Part shown: piece after piece, positions 55,182 to 64,000 of the stretch | Layout of the letters: every line of letters starts with the position of its first letter | How positions within the stretch are numbered: the stretch's first letter is position 1 | IMG/VR virus record: IMGVR_UViG_3300033121_002101 | Coordinates: 1-64,000 of that record | From: a virus | Taxonomy: Duplodnaviria > Caudoviricetes | Length of the DNA: 64,000 nucleotides | Reading direction: 5' to 3' (one strand) | The notes under the pieces: model-generated | Database searches by the model: none | What the model was told of the DNA's origin: nothing | What the model saw: only the letters and a program-made list of their open reading frames with translations | Program-made: the position numbers and the translations under genes

Positions 55182-57817
55182 TGCCATCTAGACAAATCAT
55201 AAGAGATAGTATAACAACTATTCTTACGCCTACACAGAATGACAGCAGAGATCTACCCTCTACAACAACAGAAGTAACAACTGTTCTTTCACCAACTGAA
55301 AACAGCGGTCATGGGTCGTCTACAACTGAAATTGATTCTGTTCTTGTTGGGTATGTTACAGGTTCATACTCAAAAAGTGTTTTTTTTGAAACGTTATTTG
55401 ATAGCTTTAATTTAAACTGTAAGCCAGTCTATAAAAAGTATACAGATGATGAATCAAAAAATGAACCAGAAAACAGTTTATCACTAGAACTAAGTGATTA
55501 TCCTCGCTATATTGAAATTACATGGAACACATGTCCAGCAATAGAGTATGCTCTTCAAGAACAAGCTCAGCAGACATTTGATACATCTGGCATTTTTACA
55601 GTTCCGCAGATAAATGATTTTATGAACCCAGGCGCGGGTTCGATGAAATTAACAACTCAATCTAAAAATAAAAATTTGCCTGAAGAGTTTGATGAAAGTA
55701 AAGTGCTTTCGTCAAATAAGATGGTAGGTATAAAAGTTTCAGACATAATCTCTAATTTAAAAATAGCAGATAGAACTGGCATTATTATTGATGACTTAGA
55801 GACAAGGGCAAAAGTACCACAAACACAGCAAAATAGTTTTGAATCTTTCTTAGACAAAAGAAGTAATGAGCTAGAGCAAACCAACATTGTAATAACACCA
55901 AAAGCTGCACTTGAATTGTTATCAGCGCCATCATTCCCAAATGATTCAAGAGAGCATGTAGAATCATCACTTGTTGTATCTGCATTTTCAACTGAGATAG
56001 GTTTAGCAGATTCTCTTGAAGATCAAATAGATCAGACAACCGTTGACCCTCCATACATTGAAACAAGTGCAATAATGCCGTCATTTTCATATGCTGGCTA
56101 TTTGATACAAAGACAAAAACTATCACGTGATGGTATTTTTGTAGATGATAAAGTTTTTAAAATAGTTGGAAGAAATTCCAATGTTTATAGAGATGTGTCT
56201 GTTGCATACGGTACAGTATACAGATACAGAATATCATCAATAGCAAAATGGGTTCATAATCAAGAATTGAGATTAGATGGTTTTGTCGATGTAGAACAAA
56301 CTACGCAAAACGGGCAGATGGTAATAAGGACAGTGAGATCTTCATGGAGCCCATATGTAAATGCTGTTGTTTTAGATACAGATTTACCAACACCGCCAAA
56401 AGAGTTGTCTATTATCATTGATAAAAAAAGAAAAGGCGCAATTTTATTTTGGAAAGTTCCAGACAATCAACAATCAGACATTATATTCTTCAATTTATAC
56501 AGAAGAAAAGTGTCAGAATTTGGACATTTTAGTGAATGGGAACAAATATCTAGAAATATAAAACCATCAAATGGATCATTTTTCAATAAATTGGAAGAAA
56601 ATGATAGTGGTAAAGTCATATATGCGATGACGTCAGTGTCTATACACGGACAAGAATCATCATTGTCTGAACAGATTTCATGTCAATCGTCTCTAATATC
56701 AAGAGATACAAACATTAATTTAGAGTCTTTTCCTGGTGTTTCGATTGAAAATCACGGAGCACTTTCTGTAAACCCACCACTTAAATCACTTGAAAAAGTA
56801 GAATTTTTAAATAGATTTTCATTAAAACCAAGAACTGGAACTACGAAAACAGTTGGTTCTGACAGGTCTGTTATTGTAAGAATAATGTCTACACAAACAG
56901 GTGAAAATATAGACATACCAGTTAATTTGCTTTATAAAAATTCTACTGTGTCTTTGCCCGCTTTTATAAAACGAGTGCAAGCAGATAGAAGAAATTTGCA
57001 AGTTCAATTTCCGCAAGACAATATATCTCAGCTTGTTCAATCACCAACTGCACAAACAACTACTGCAACAGCAGACAATACAATAATATTTCCAGACACA
57101 ATGTCTTCATTTTTATTATCAACTGGAAAAACAGTTGATGCTTTGTGGATAGGAAATGAAGCAACTGCATCTCTTACAGACAGAACTGGAAATGGTAATA
57201 ACTTAGCGCCAGTTGGTTCACCTATATACCAGTTTTTAGGACCTGGAAATCATTATGGTGTAAAATATGAAGCAGCAAACAACTTAGCTCACAGAGCAGA
57301 CGTGGGATTGATTGCTAGCGGGTCTTTCATATATGGTGCTGTGATAAGCATTGCCAGTGATATTGACTACTTACAAACATTAGTTGGTAGGTCTGCAACA
57401 GCTTTTGATCCATGTTGTATTGCTTATTTGTTTACATATATATCTCCAAGATGGCCTGTTTTATTAATTCGAGATGCAGCCGCAGGTCAGTTGATTGTTG
57501 CTATGAACACCGCAATCGATTGGATGAATTTATATCCAGGAGAATGGCTTGTTCAAATACAAGTAGATCGTGAAACAGTTCCGCCTGTCGCAAGAATGCG
57601 AGTATCTTCAAATAATTCTTTAATTGATGAAAAATCAGGGTCTATGACAGGGATTGGAAGTTTAAGTGGGTCAACTGGTGCATTTGGCTTCGGAGCGTCA
57701 CTTGGAAACAATACTGTCGGAGGAAGTGCATTCTATTATGGATATTATATGACAGGATCACAGTGCTGTGGACCGAATGTGCTAAGTTCAATTGCATCAA
57801 GTTTAGGATATGAGTGA
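55181..57817 (+). CDS. FN3-containing structural protein with C-terminal LamG/ConA-like module
   Basis: YRDVSVAYGTVYRYRI, SSWS and PTPP FN3 motifs, then a Q/T linker, then LW..NE....LTD.TGNGNNL. Confidence 0.65.
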   Translation: MPSRQIIRDSITTILTPTQNDSRDLPSTTTEVTTVLSPTENSGHGSSTTEIDSVLVGYVTGSYSKSVFFETLFDSFNLNCKPVYKKYTDDESKNEPENSLSLELSDYPRYIEITWNTCPAIEYALQEQAQQTFDTSGIFTVPQINDFMNPGAGSMKLTTQSKNKNLPEEFDESKVLSSNKMVGIKVSDIISNLKIADRTGIIIDDLETRAKVPQTQQNSFESFLDKRSNELEQTNIVITPKAALELLSAPSFPNDSREHVESSLVVSAFSTEIGLADSLEDQIDQTTVDPPYIETSAIMPSFSYAGYLIQRQKLSRDGIFVDDKVFKIVGRNSNVYRDVSVAYGTVYRYRISSIAKWVHNQELRLDGFVDVEQTTQNGQMVIRTVRSSWSPYVNAVVLDTDLPTPPKELSIIIDKKRKGAILFWKVPDNQQSDIIFFNLYRRKVSEFGHFSEWEQISRNIKPSNGSFFNKLEENDSGKVIYAMTSVSIHGQESSLSEQISCQSSLISRDTNINLESFPGVSIENHGALSVNPPLKSLEKVEFLNRFSLKPRTGTTKTVGSDRSVIVRIMSTQTGENIDIPVNLLYKNSTVSLPAFIKRVQADRRNLQVQFPQDNISQLVQSPTAQTTTATADNTIIFPDTMSSFLLSTGKTVDALWIGNEATASLTDRTGNGNNLAPVGSPIYQFLGPGNHYGVKYEAANNLAHRADVGLIASGSFIYGAVISIASDIDYLQTLVGRSATAFDPCCIAYLFTYISPRWPVLLIRDAAAGQLIVAMNTAIDWMNLYPGEWLVQIQVDRETVPPVARMRVSSNNSLIDEKSGSMTGIGSLSGSTGAFGFGASLGNNTVGGSAFYYGYYMTGSQCCGPNVLSSIASSLGYE

Positions 57818-57870
57818 AGCGACATATAAGTTTATAATCAGACTACTAAATAATCTAACTGGAGATATTC

Positions 57871-58584
57871 ATGGGAATAAATGATAATAGCGGCGAGGTG
57901 TTCATAGAAGCAACACTTACAGATCTCGGAAGAGAACGTCTTGCAAGAAATGATGGAAGCTTTAATATTGTACAATTTAGACTTGGTGACGACGAAATTG
58001 ATTATCGTTCTTGGAACGAACTAACTGGTTCTACATCAAAAGATGCGTCAATTATAGATGCACCGTTGTTTGAAGCATTTGGAAATGAATCAATAGCTTT
58101 AAAATATCCATTGATAACAATAGCTAACCCATACTTGAAATATATTCCAGAGTTTTCGTCTAGGCCAACATCTATTACTCTAAGAGAAAACATAGACTCA
58201 CTTGGCGGAGGGCAAACTGTTTCTGTATATCCACAGTTTTTAAGAAATCAGCAGGTTATACCTCCAGAAATAGTTGACGTCGCATATTCAGTTGAAGTAG
58301 ATAATGATTTACTTTTCATTTCTGCTGAATTACCAGTAGCAAAAACAAGACATGGGTTTGCAAGGTATGTGCTTCCAGCAGATAGCGGTATAACGTCTGC
58401 TGGAGGTTCTCAAGTTACATTTAATGTAAGAGTTCAAACATTAAATCCACAAATATTTGATACTATGGCCGGTGCTTCTGCTGCAAAGCCAAGAAGCATA
58501 ACAACATCAATAATTGTAACAGGACACCAAAGTGGTTTAAATGTTACAATACCAGTAACAATAACAGAATTCGCAACAAGCTGA
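57871..58584 (+). CDS. Structural protein (tail-collar/DUF3751 N-half-like)
   Basis: EATLTDLGRERLA....F.IVQFRLGDDEIDY. GGAG SD. Confidence 0.65.
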   Translation: MGINDNSGEVFIEATLTDLGRERLARNDGSFNIVQFRLGDDEIDYRSWNELTGSTSKDASIIDAPLFEAFGNESIALKYPLITIANPYLKYIPEFSSRPTSITLRENIDSLGGGQTVSVYPQFLRNQQVIPPEIVDVAYSVEVDNDLLFISAELPVAKTRHGFARYVLPADSGITSAGGSQVTFNVRVQTLNPQIFDTMAGASAAKPRSITTSIIVTGHQSGLNVTIPVTITEFATS

Positions 58585-58591
58585 GGAATGA

Positions 58592-59587
58592 ATGTCATTT
58601 AAACTTTTTGATCCAGAAAACGATATAGTTACGTTGCGCAGTTCTGTAAATGAAGTGCTAGACGTAACTGGTTCTATTATGTTGACAGATGCAAATGTTA
58701 AGTTTTTTAAAAACATTGCATCATCTTCTGTAGATCCAGACCTTGGAGGCTATTGGGAATCTGTTTTTGACAGCTCACCAACATCGTCACTCAGTACAGC
58801 ACTGTTTGATGTGACTTATGGAGTTGCAACAGGATCTTCATACAATGTTTTAAGCTCAAACAGCTCTTCACAAAGCCAAAAAGTAAAAGTTTATCGTGAA
58901 ATGGCTGGAGTTTTGCTTGGCAATAAAGATTCTCTGTTCACAATCGGCGGGACAGAAAGAAAAGAAGCTCTCTTTATCTCAGTGAAAAGAGATATTTTCA
59001 AAGATGAGATTAAAAAAGGTGCAACTTCAATAACGATTAATTCAGCTGCTCCAACACAGTATTCAGCAAGTGATGCTGGTGCAAACAGCACATTCAAACA
59101 AAGTATTGGTGGAGATTATGCGCCACTAAAGTACAACGGAACAGGATCTGAAGTTGGACAAGTTTGGTATGATGCGGGTATCATTATACTGCACCCAGAT
59201 ACAGCATATGGAGCTATTACAATTTGGTCTGGAAGCAAAACGCTGATAAATGTTCAGAGTTCTGGAAATATCAACCAAGTTGTAGATGGTTTCAGAAGAA
59301 AAACAGAAAAAGTAGTTTTCCACAACCAGTTAAACATTTATTCTACTTCTTATTATGTTAGAGCAAGGAATAGAGAATTCAATTATTCTTCAAACCCAAC
59401 GTTTACAGATGACAACATGAGAATTAGAGTAACATCTGGAAGCAATGAGCAGCTTACAAGAACGTACATAACATCAATCGCTCTTTGTGATCCAAATGGA
59501 AATATTCTTGCAATTGCAAAAACAAACAAACCAGTCGCAAAAGGTCCAGAAAACGAAGTCACATTAAGAGTTCGTTTGGATTTCTGA
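58592..59587 (+). CDS. Structural protein (DUF3751 C-half-like terminus)
   Basis: EFNYSSNPTF..TYITSIALCDPNGNILAIAKTNKPVAK...VRLDF. Confidence 0.7.
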   Translation: MSFKLFDPENDIVTLRSSVNEVLDVTGSIMLTDANVKFFKNIASSSVDPDLGGYWESVFDSSPTSSLSTALFDVTYGVATGSSYNVLSSNSSSQSQKVKVYREMAGVLLGNKDSLFTIGGTERKEALFISVKRDIFKDEIKKGATSITINSAAPTQYSASDAGANSTFKQSIGGDYAPLKYNGTGSEVGQVWYDAGIIILHPDTAYGAITIWSGSKTLINVQSSGNINQVVDGFRRKTEKVVFHNQLNIYSTSYYVRARNREFNYSSNPTFTDDNMRIRVTSGSNEQLTRTYITSIALCDPNGNILAIAKTNKPVAKGPENEVTLRVRLDF

Positions 59588-59609
59588 GGTCATCTTGTGA
59601 GGAACACGG

Positions 59610-61361
59610 ATGTCCGCAATAAAAAAATTAGATAAAACAGATGTATTAAACACTGTACTCGTACCATCATACGGAATTGAAATAGTTTCTGGAACTGCTG
59701 GGTGGACTGGTGGAGATGTTTCTGGGTCTATTTCTTTATTCGGCGGAATTAGAATACCAGGTAGGTCTACTTGTATAAGACCTACATCTGGTTCTTTTAC
59801 AACAGCTTCAATATCATATTCTTCAGTCAGATTATCTGATATTACTGAAAGTGAAACAGAAAAAGGAAATAGAACTTGGCGTACAGTAGACAGCCTTTAT
59901 AGATACTATTCTTCTTTTAATCCACTATATTCTACATCTAGTTACGATTATCAGTGTTTGTTCTTTAAAAACAAAAGCAATAATATTGCAATATGTAATG
60001 ATGCAATATCAATGCAGCCGTGGAGAAGCATAACTTCTTCGTTGTGTTTAGAAGCTTGGGTTAAACCGTTTATGTCTTCAAGCGAAGATAACAGCGGTAG
60101 AACAATCTTAAGCAGAACAGGTTTGTATTGGTTTGGTGTGACCGGTTCGGCAGGCGACATGAGAGTTACATTCTCATCGTCATTGGGTTTCTATACTTCT
60201 AGTTTAACGTTAAGTGTTGGAAAATGGTCACACGTAGCTGTTTCTGTTGGATCAAACACAGGCAGCATATATGTCGGTTTAAAAGAAACAAATAGATTTA
60301 CATACGCAGCAGCTGGCTTGGCATCATCAAATACTGCAAGTTTCAGCCCAGCGTTCTGCGTAGGCAATGTGTACACAGGATCAATTGTATCACTCGGCGG
60401 AAAAAATTCATATGAGTCACCAGATACAGTGTCTTCTGGTAGTGGAAGATCATTTCATGGGCTTATTCATGAAGTTAGAGAATGGAAAATAGCAAGAACT
60501 TGGCAGCAAATATCATCATCACATGATAAAAGAATACAATATGGTGATACTGGTTATTTGCCAATTTACATGCCAATGCTTGATGCACATAAAAGCTCAT
60601 CTGCTGGTTATGCTGTTGGCAGTGGTTCAAATTGTCCAACAATAAGTGGAAGTGCAAATGATATAGCATTTAACATAAAAGGTTATACAAACAATCCAAG
60701 TTGGTTTCCAAACGGAAATCCAAATTTTCATCCAGATAAAACAATTGCAACAGAAGCTACAAATTATGCAAGACCGCTGTTAAAACTATTGAATATACCA
60801 AGAGCAATGTATGGATCATCAATAGCGACAGGGTCGTTTACATTGACATGCAAATCATTTTCTGGTGATAATGCTGAAATCATAAGAGTAATAAAAGATG
60901 ATGGTAAAGGCCAACTGTACATGCACAGTTGCATGTCAGCGTCATTCTACGAGTCACAGTGGAGTGAGAATGTACCATGGAATAGGGTAGGCAATATATT
61001 TTATTCTGAGGGCGTGGTCGTCATCTCTGATGACTCTGTATTGGATTTGTGCCAAGATGTTGCATCTTTGTCTAAATTCCCAACAACACAAATGACAGTA
61101 TCATTTAATGGCGTGTCGCCAGTTCCTGTTTCTGTTGTATCATGTCATATTCAGGGAGACGAATGTAATTTATCTACAAATGATTCATTTTCAGAAACAG
61201 ACTCATCTGGTATTGCAAGACCTGTTTTAAATGAAACATATATTTCTTCTGTAGTGTTGTATGATAAACTGTTAAGACCAGTTGGCATTGCAAAACTAGC
61301 AATGCCGCTGAGAAAAAGAAAAAATGACAGTATAAACATACGTCTCAGAAGGGATTTCTAA
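59610..61361 (+). CDS. LamG-containing structural protein, C-terminus paralogous to 58592..59587
   Basis: LEAWVKP, WSHVAVS, FHGLIHEVREW, VGNIFY and TYISSVVLYD...IAKLAMPLRK...RRDF. Confidence 0.75.
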   Translation: MSAIKKLDKTDVLNTVLVPSYGIEIVSGTAGWTGGDVSGSISLFGGIRIPGRSTCIRPTSGSFTTASISYSSVRLSDITESETEKGNRTWRTVDSLYRYYSSFNPLYSTSSYDYQCLFFKNKSNNIAICNDAISMQPWRSITSSLCLEAWVKPFMSSSEDNSGRTILSRTGLYWFGVTGSAGDMRVTFSSSLGFYTSSLTLSVGKWSHVAVSVGSNTGSIYVGLKETNRFTYAAAGLASSNTASFSPAFCVGNVYTGSIVSLGGKNSYESPDTVSSGSGRSFHGLIHEVREWKIARTWQQISSSHDKRIQYGDTGYLPIYMPMLDAHKSSSAGYAVGSGSNCPTISGSANDIAFNIKGYTNNPSWFPNGNPNFHPDKTIATEATNYARPLLKLLNIPRAMYGSSIATGSFTLTCKSFSGDNAEIIRVIKDDGKGQLYMHSCMSASFYESQWSENVPWNRVGNIFYSEGVVVISDDSVLDLCQDVASLSKFPTTQMTVSFNGVSPVPVSVVSCHIQGDECNLSTNDSFSETDSSGIARPVLNETYISSVVLYDKLLRPVGIAKLAMPLRKRKNDSINIRLRRDF

Positions 61362-61966
61362 TGATATATTTTGGTTGGGATATAAGCACAGCGAATATCG
61401 GCATGTGTGCTGTTGATGATAAACAAAACGTTGTAGCTATCGATGTTTTACGGTTAAGCAAAGAGTCAAAAAATATAAACGAAAAATTCGTTATAGCTGC
61501 AAAAGGTGTTAGAGAATTTATAAAGTCAGTAAGAAATAAATTTCCAAATGAAATTGAAAGACATTCGATAGAAGAAAGACTCAAGAGCTGCGGCAGAGTG
61601 ACAAACAAGAATACTTTATTGTCGCTTGCATCAATTAATGCGGTTGTTACACATGTTATAATAGAGGAATGCGCTGCCAATTATTTATCGGTCGTTCATC
61701 TTCATCCAAATGAAGTAAAGAAACTGATGAATATAAAAGTCGCTAAAGGCGAAGATAAGAAAAAAATTACAGTTGACATTGTAAGATCTTTGTACCCTGA
61801 ATTTCCATTCAAACTTAACAAAAAAGGTGTAAATCCAGTTGAAGGTACTGAAGATATGGCAGATGCATATGTCACAGCTGTCGCTCTTTTGAGAAAAGAT
61901 ATTGAACAAAATAAGAAAAGAATATCTGCTAACAAAGGCGCTGGGAAAACCAGCGTCAAGGAATGA
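61361..61966 (+). CDS. RuvC-like Holliday junction resolvase
   Basis: GWDIST.NIG, SIEE, P.EVKK and DMADA. Confidence 0.8.
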   Translation: MIYFGWDISTANIGMCAVDDKQNVVAIDVLRLSKESKNINEKFVIAAKGVREFIKSVRNKFPNEIERHSIEERLKSCGRVTNKNTLLSLASINAVVTHVIIEECAANYLSVVHLHPNEVKKLMNIKVAKGEDKKKITVDIVRSLYPEFPFKLNKKGVNPVEGTEDMADAYVTAVALLRKDIEQNKKRISANKGAGKTSVKE

Positions 61967-62855
61967 TTTTAAATCAGAATTAGTATTCTTTTGCCCAAAG
62001 TGTCGTCACAAAAAACCAAAGCTATCTGTAAACATAAAAACAGATGAATACAACTGTTGGACATGCGAATCAAATTTAGGCAAGAGAACTTGTGGCAAAA
62101 CATTAACAGGATTACTCTATAATAGAGTGTCTCATGATGAGCTTGGCGAATATATCGAAAGCTTAGATGACATTAAAAACAAGCATGTAATTGCTAGTTT
62201 TGAAAATGATGTTGTCGAACAAAAAGCAGAATTGCCAGAAGAGTATAGACCAATTTTATATTCAGCAAATAACGAATATAAAAACTATCTTAAAAAAAGA
62301 AATGTGTCAGATGAAGACTCTCTTTTTTATAGAATTGGATATTGTAATACTGGCAAATTTTCTGGTAGAGTAATCTTTCCATCATTTGATGATGCCGGTG
62401 ATTTGAACTTTTTTACAGGTAGAAAAATATCTAAAAATATTGATGGACAAAATTACATGACATGTTCTTCAACAAAAGACATCATTTTTAATGATTGTCT
62501 AATTGATTGGACACTGCCAATTATAATTGTTGAAGGCCCATTTGATATGTTATCTGTTGGCAGAAATGCAATACCACTTCAAGGAAAAATGCTTAGACCA
62601 AGTTCAAAGCTTTTCAAAAAACTTGTTAAGTCTGGTTCAAGAGTGTATGTTGCTTTAGACAAAGACGCGAAGGGCGATCAGATATCAATTGAGCATATGC
62701 TTTATAAATATTGTGTAGACGTAAGAGGTGTGTATCTCGATAATTTCAAAGATTTTGGTGAAATGAACAGAACTGAGATCTTTCAAGCATTGAAAAATGC
62801 AAAGCCTTATAATCAAATTGAAAGAGTAAAATTACTGTGCGAATTATACACATAA
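61902..62855 (+). CDS. DNA primase (Zn ribbon + TOPRIM)
   Basis: CPKC.H...YNCWTC, YLKKR, RVIFP, VEGPFD, ALDKDA and KDFGEM. Confidence 0.9.
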   Translation: MNKIRKEYLLTKALGKPASRNDFKSELVFFCPKCRHKKPKLSVNIKTDEYNCWTCESNLGKRTCGKTLTGLLYNRVSHDELGEYIESLDDIKNKHVIASFENDVVEQKAELPEEYRPILYSANNEYKNYLKKRNVSDEDSLFYRIGYCNTGKFSGRVIFPSFDDAGDLNFFTGRKISKNIDGQNYMTCSSTKDIIFNDCLIDWTLPIIIVEGPFDMLSVGRNAIPLQGKMLRPSSKLFKKLVKSGSRVYVALDKDAKGDQISIEHMLYKYCVDVRGVYLDNFKDFGEMNRTEIFQALKNAKPYNQIERVKLLCELYT

Positions 62856-64000
62856 GCGATGTTCACATAAGAAACTTCAAGTATCACAAAGAATATAGAT
62901 CTGCTTTTCGATCTCTTGCAAATAGATTAAAAGAACTGAAGCCAGATCTTATAATAAACACAGGTGACACTGTACATGCAAAAACGCAAATAACACCAGA
63001 ATTGGTTGATATGCTTTCAGAACATATCATAACGATTGCAAATATTGCGCCATACAGAATGATACTTGGAAATCACGATTTGAATTTAAAAAATCTTGAT
63101 AGGAAAGATGCAGTATCACCAGTTGTGGAATCTTTAAAAAAGTCAGGTGTTGATGTCGATTTGTGGAGAGATGTTGGACCGTATGATGTAAAATACAAAA
63201 ACGGTAATGGAGCATCATTAGATTGTTTCTTTTGGGTATTCCCAATAGATTCTGAAAAGAAACCATCTGTTGAGCAGATTACTAAGATGAGAAACTATAA
63301 ACCATATTTTCCGCAAATCTGCTTGTTTCACGGTGCAATATCCGGATGCTCAACTGATTCAGAATGGACAATGGATTCATTGGAACATGACGTTTCAATG
63401 TTTAAAGATTTTGATTACGTGATGATGGGTGATATCCATAAGCATCAATCATGGAGAAACGGAAGAGTATGCTACGCAGGTTCTCTCATACAACAGAATT
63501 TCGGAGAAAGCCAAGATAAGGGATTCCTTATATGGGACATAGTAGATAAAGATAAATTTTCAGTTAAGCATGAAAAGCTTACTTGGAATGAAAATAAACT
63601 ATCTTTTCACACAGTCGATCTAGATGAAACTCTTTTATTAGATGAATCAATTGAGATACCAAACAATTCTTACGTGAGAGTAAGGACAGTAGGGTCGTAT
63701 ACAGCATCTGAACAAAGACAGATTGTGTCTTTTATAAAGTCAAAAGGTGCAAAAGATGTGATGGTTATAAAGCCATTTGATTCTTCTGCGAAGCAAACTA
63801 TCAAATTAACAGTTGGGAAAGATGAAATACAGGCATCTGAAAAAGAAAATAATGATATTCTTTTAAGAGAATACATGAAAAGCATGTTTTTGGATGAAAA
63901 TACAGTCGACACTGTTATTGAACTTGATAAGAACATCAGGGCTGAAATTGAAAGCGAAGATGAAAATAATCGCGGAAAATGCTGGAAAATAAACAAGATT
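62837..64000 (+). CDS. SbcD/Mre11 (gp47-like) nuclease, partial, probably fused to SbcC/Rad50 (missing from ORF track)
   Basis: GTG at 62837. MRIIHISDVHIR, TGD..H, GNHD, FHG, MGDIH..Q and YAGSLIQQNFGE. Still open at the window end (...RGKCWKINKI). Confidence 0.9.
   Translation, partial: MRIIHISDVHIRNFKYHKEYRSAFRSLANRLKELKPDLIINTGDTVHAKTQITPELVDMLSEHIITIANIAPYRMILGNHDLNLKNLDRKDAVSPVVESLKKSGVDVDLWRDVGPYDVKYKNGNGASLDCFFWVFPIDSEKKPSVEQITKMRNYKPYFPQICLFHGAISGCSTDSEWTMDSLEHDVSMFKDFDYVMMGDIHKHQSWRNGRVCYAGSLIQQNFGESQDKGFLIWDIVDKDKFSVKHEKLTWNENKLSFHTVDLDETLLLDESIEIPNNSYVRVRTVGSYTASEQRQIVSFIKSKGAKDVMVIKPFDSSAKQTIKLTVGKDEIQASEKENNDILLREYMKSMFLDENTVDTVIELDKNIRAEIESEDENNRGKCWKINKI

Noticed and set aside
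40984-61361. eCIS/T6SS rather than phage
   Set aside because: The module is flanked by primase, resolvase, SbcD, rIIA/B, tRNAs and a late sigma factor, with no eCIS ATPase or T6SS membrane genes.

Overview
This is a 64-kb piece of a large, AT-rich (about 30% GC by eye) tailed phage with a contractile-tail baseplate, probably a jumbo phage. Family calls come from recognising motifs by eye and were not checked against databases. Layout: (i) 1-~1050 is a foreign-looking cassette of about 68-70% GC with three genes, including a DUF6745-like protein carrying a 12-bp ATxx repeat array. (ii) ~1.1-15.4 kb is a minus-strand early/accessory region with many small ORFs and membrane peptides, three tRNAs (Ala, Ser, Gln), a Panacea-like protein, rIIA/rIIB, an unusual 152-nt tRNA-like RNA, an HTH-vWA protein and an SLT-like lysozyme. 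(iii) 15.4-21.8 kb holds plus-strand nucleic-acid genes (DinG-like helicase, RNase H-like, P-loop kinase, C39 peptidase, PD-(D/E)XK nuclease). (iv) 21.8-39.2 kb is an 18-gene glycan biosynthesis island with GT4/GT2/GT9/CgeB-type glycosyltransferases, methyltransferases, a deacetylase, a UDP-sugar dehydrogenase and ADP-heptose enzymes. (v) 39.2-61.4 kb has a gp55-like late sigma factor and the baseplate/tail module. (vi) 61.4-64 kb has a RuvC-like resolvase, a primase and an SbcD nuclease probably fused to SbcC. The best candidate for a new system is phage-encoded virion protein O-glycosylation, possibly heptosylation: a [S/T]-[G/A]-S tripeptide is strongly and selectively enriched in certain baseplate/LamG modules next to the glycosyltransferase island. 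The second candidate is a tRNA-framed RNA with three internal hairpins.
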